This document shows, one piece after another, positions 62,051 through 64,000 of a stretch of 64,000 nt of DNA. Origin of the DNA: Macrostomum lignano (lineage: Eukaryota); the NCBI GenBank assembly GCA_002269645.1, contig NIVC01000032.1, positions 992,001 to 1,056,000 of the forward strand, written 5' to 3'. Position 1 is the first letter of the stretch, and each line of letters begins with the position of its first letter. Made by a program: the position numbers and the translations under genes. The notes beneath the pieces are model-generated. The model saw nothing but the letters and a program-made list of their open reading frames with translations, ran no database searches and was not told the DNA's origin.

Positions 62051-62809
62051 TTGAATTTCTAAAATTAAGGAGCAAAAAACAAAGTCAGAAAGGCATATTA
62101 AATAGGACAGAGAGAAAGAGTTGACACTGTATTTTATTAAAATAAATAGGCGTGACTTTTTTTATAAATCAGATTTCAAATCTGCAAAAATGAAAATATG
62201 GAGACAGGGGATTCAGCTTTAAGGAAAAACGATTATGATTATGATTAATATTAATACCATCCTGTTGTATACAGAAATTAAATACGTTTTACAAAGCGAT
62301 TTAAAACCTTTTTGGCAGCTAATCTTTCGGTCTAGTAGAGGAACAACAAAACTTATCAACAGAAATCAAATAGTGAGACATAAAAAATGTACACTCATAG
62401 CTTCGCAGAGCAATAAAAAATTAATGTACATACAAATCTATTAATCAAACATACTTGTACTCGAGTTAAATTAAATACAGTTCATGCGGTTTTAAATACA
62501 AATTTGAAAACCAGAAATTAAAATAACTAATACAATCCATCCATTAGAAGCCAGTGTTATATTATCAAATTGGCCTCTAAAATACAGATTTACTAGCACT
62601 CAAAACTTAAACTATTATTTAGCAGCATTAGCAGACTGTACTGCGCACAAGCACATGCGAAAGTACACCAGTACAGGGACACTGAAAGTTATTAAACGAA
62701 CCGAATGTAGGTTCAATGAATAGGGAGTTTTGTTATTCTGCGGAGATTTAGGAACACAAGAGGTCAAGGAACAGTAGAGGTTATTGAACAAGAGAGTTTA
62801 AGGAAAATA

Positions 62810-63100
62810 TGAGGTCATTGAACAAGAGAGGTCATTGAACAAGGGTTTAGGGATATGAAAGGTCATTAAACAAGAGAGGTCATTGAACAAGAGAGGTCAT
62901 TGAACAAGAGAGGTCATTGAACAAGAGAGGTCAAGGAACAAGAGAGGTCATTGAACAAGAGAGGTCATTGAACAAGAGAGGTCATAGAACAAGAGAGGTC
63001 ATAGAACAAGAGAGGTCATAGAACAAGAGAGGTCATAGAACAAGAGAGGTCATAGAACAAGAGAGGTCATAGAACAAGAGAGGTCAAGAAACATAAGAGG
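62810..63100. repeat. 17-bp minisatellite (gaacaagagaggtcatt)n
   Basis: Directly visible, with degenerate flanks. Confidence 0.93.
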
Positions 63101-64000
63101 TGATTGAACAAGGGTTTAGGGATATGAAAGGTCATTAAACAAGATTAAAGCATTGAGAAGGTAAGCAGGTTTAACAGTGAGGCTTAACAGTGCGGAACAC
63201 CAGCAAACAAGAGATCATGACAGCAAAACAGTCTTTAGTATATTTAGAAGTTAATATTAAATATTATCAGCAAAACGAAAGTTTATAGTACTAAATTCAT
63301 AAATTGATTTATGACTTTTAACTTTAACTTGACTTTTAACAGGTAGATAAAAAGAAATTACCAGATTATACTTTTGCACAGTAAGACGTGGCACTTTATA
63401 ATCAAATAAATGTATAACTTATTAGCTACTGTTTGCTATACATACTTAATTTAAACAAAGTTCGTTAACAAAATGCATAAATAGGTCTGGGTCTGAGAGA
63501 GAAAAAGAAACAGCACGTCAAAATAATTATAAATATTAATCTTACCACATCAAACTTAAATTTAATTTTTACAAGGATTAAGGAATATGATTATTAACAG
63601 AGTTAAATAGAAAAAACTAAAGTACAAAAATTTGAACAGACAGAAAAGTCACCTGACTAGGCTTATTTAATACTTATCGAGTGTTTAAACTTAGCACACA
63701 AATTAACTTTATCAGCAACAATTGTGCCATACAAAAACAAATCACAGTATTAAATTAATAAACATAACAAAATCTAAATTACTTATATTTATTACAATAT
63801 AAAAATACTGCACGAAATATTATAGTTATTGATCGACATATTAAATTGGCCGATAACTGTACATCAAATTATTAATCAACATATACAGACATGTCAGACA
63901 CTTACAAAAATGAATACACGAAGCTAAATTCGGTGTTTAAGAAAGTAAAGGCAAAATGTGAATAAAAAGAGATTTTGCTTTTTTATTATTTCTTTTTGAA

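Overview
Animal genomic DNA (AT-rich, spliceosomal GT-AG introns; taxon not determinable, an invertebrate such as a lophotrochozoan is inferred). I reconstructed spliced genes by hand: the first three exons of a nicotinic acetylcholine receptor subunit (minus; 15410->681, continuing left of the window), a divergent PARP catalytic-domain gene (plus; ~24638-26219), an ankyrin-less ANKS1-like SAM-SAM-PTB adaptor (plus; 32081-36108), PRPSAP (minus; 43675->39394), a membrane-anchored copine/RGLG-type vWA protein (minus; ~55159->47174) and FAIM (minus; 60968->57391). Two long unassigned minus-strand ORFs lie at 20246-21676. Mobile DNA includes an intron-containing Crypton-like tyrosine-recombinase remnant with a terminal hairpin, two head-to-tail Helitron-like elements carrying satellites, two tRNA-derived SINE families and a MITE-like foldback. 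About 45% of the window (hand estimate, ~29 kb) is tandem repeat, about 30 arrays, and most large introns are largely filled by their own minisatellite. Most long ORFs in the supplied track are repeat artefacts. Family assignments come from recalled motif similarity; no database search was run. Repeat boundaries are approximate.
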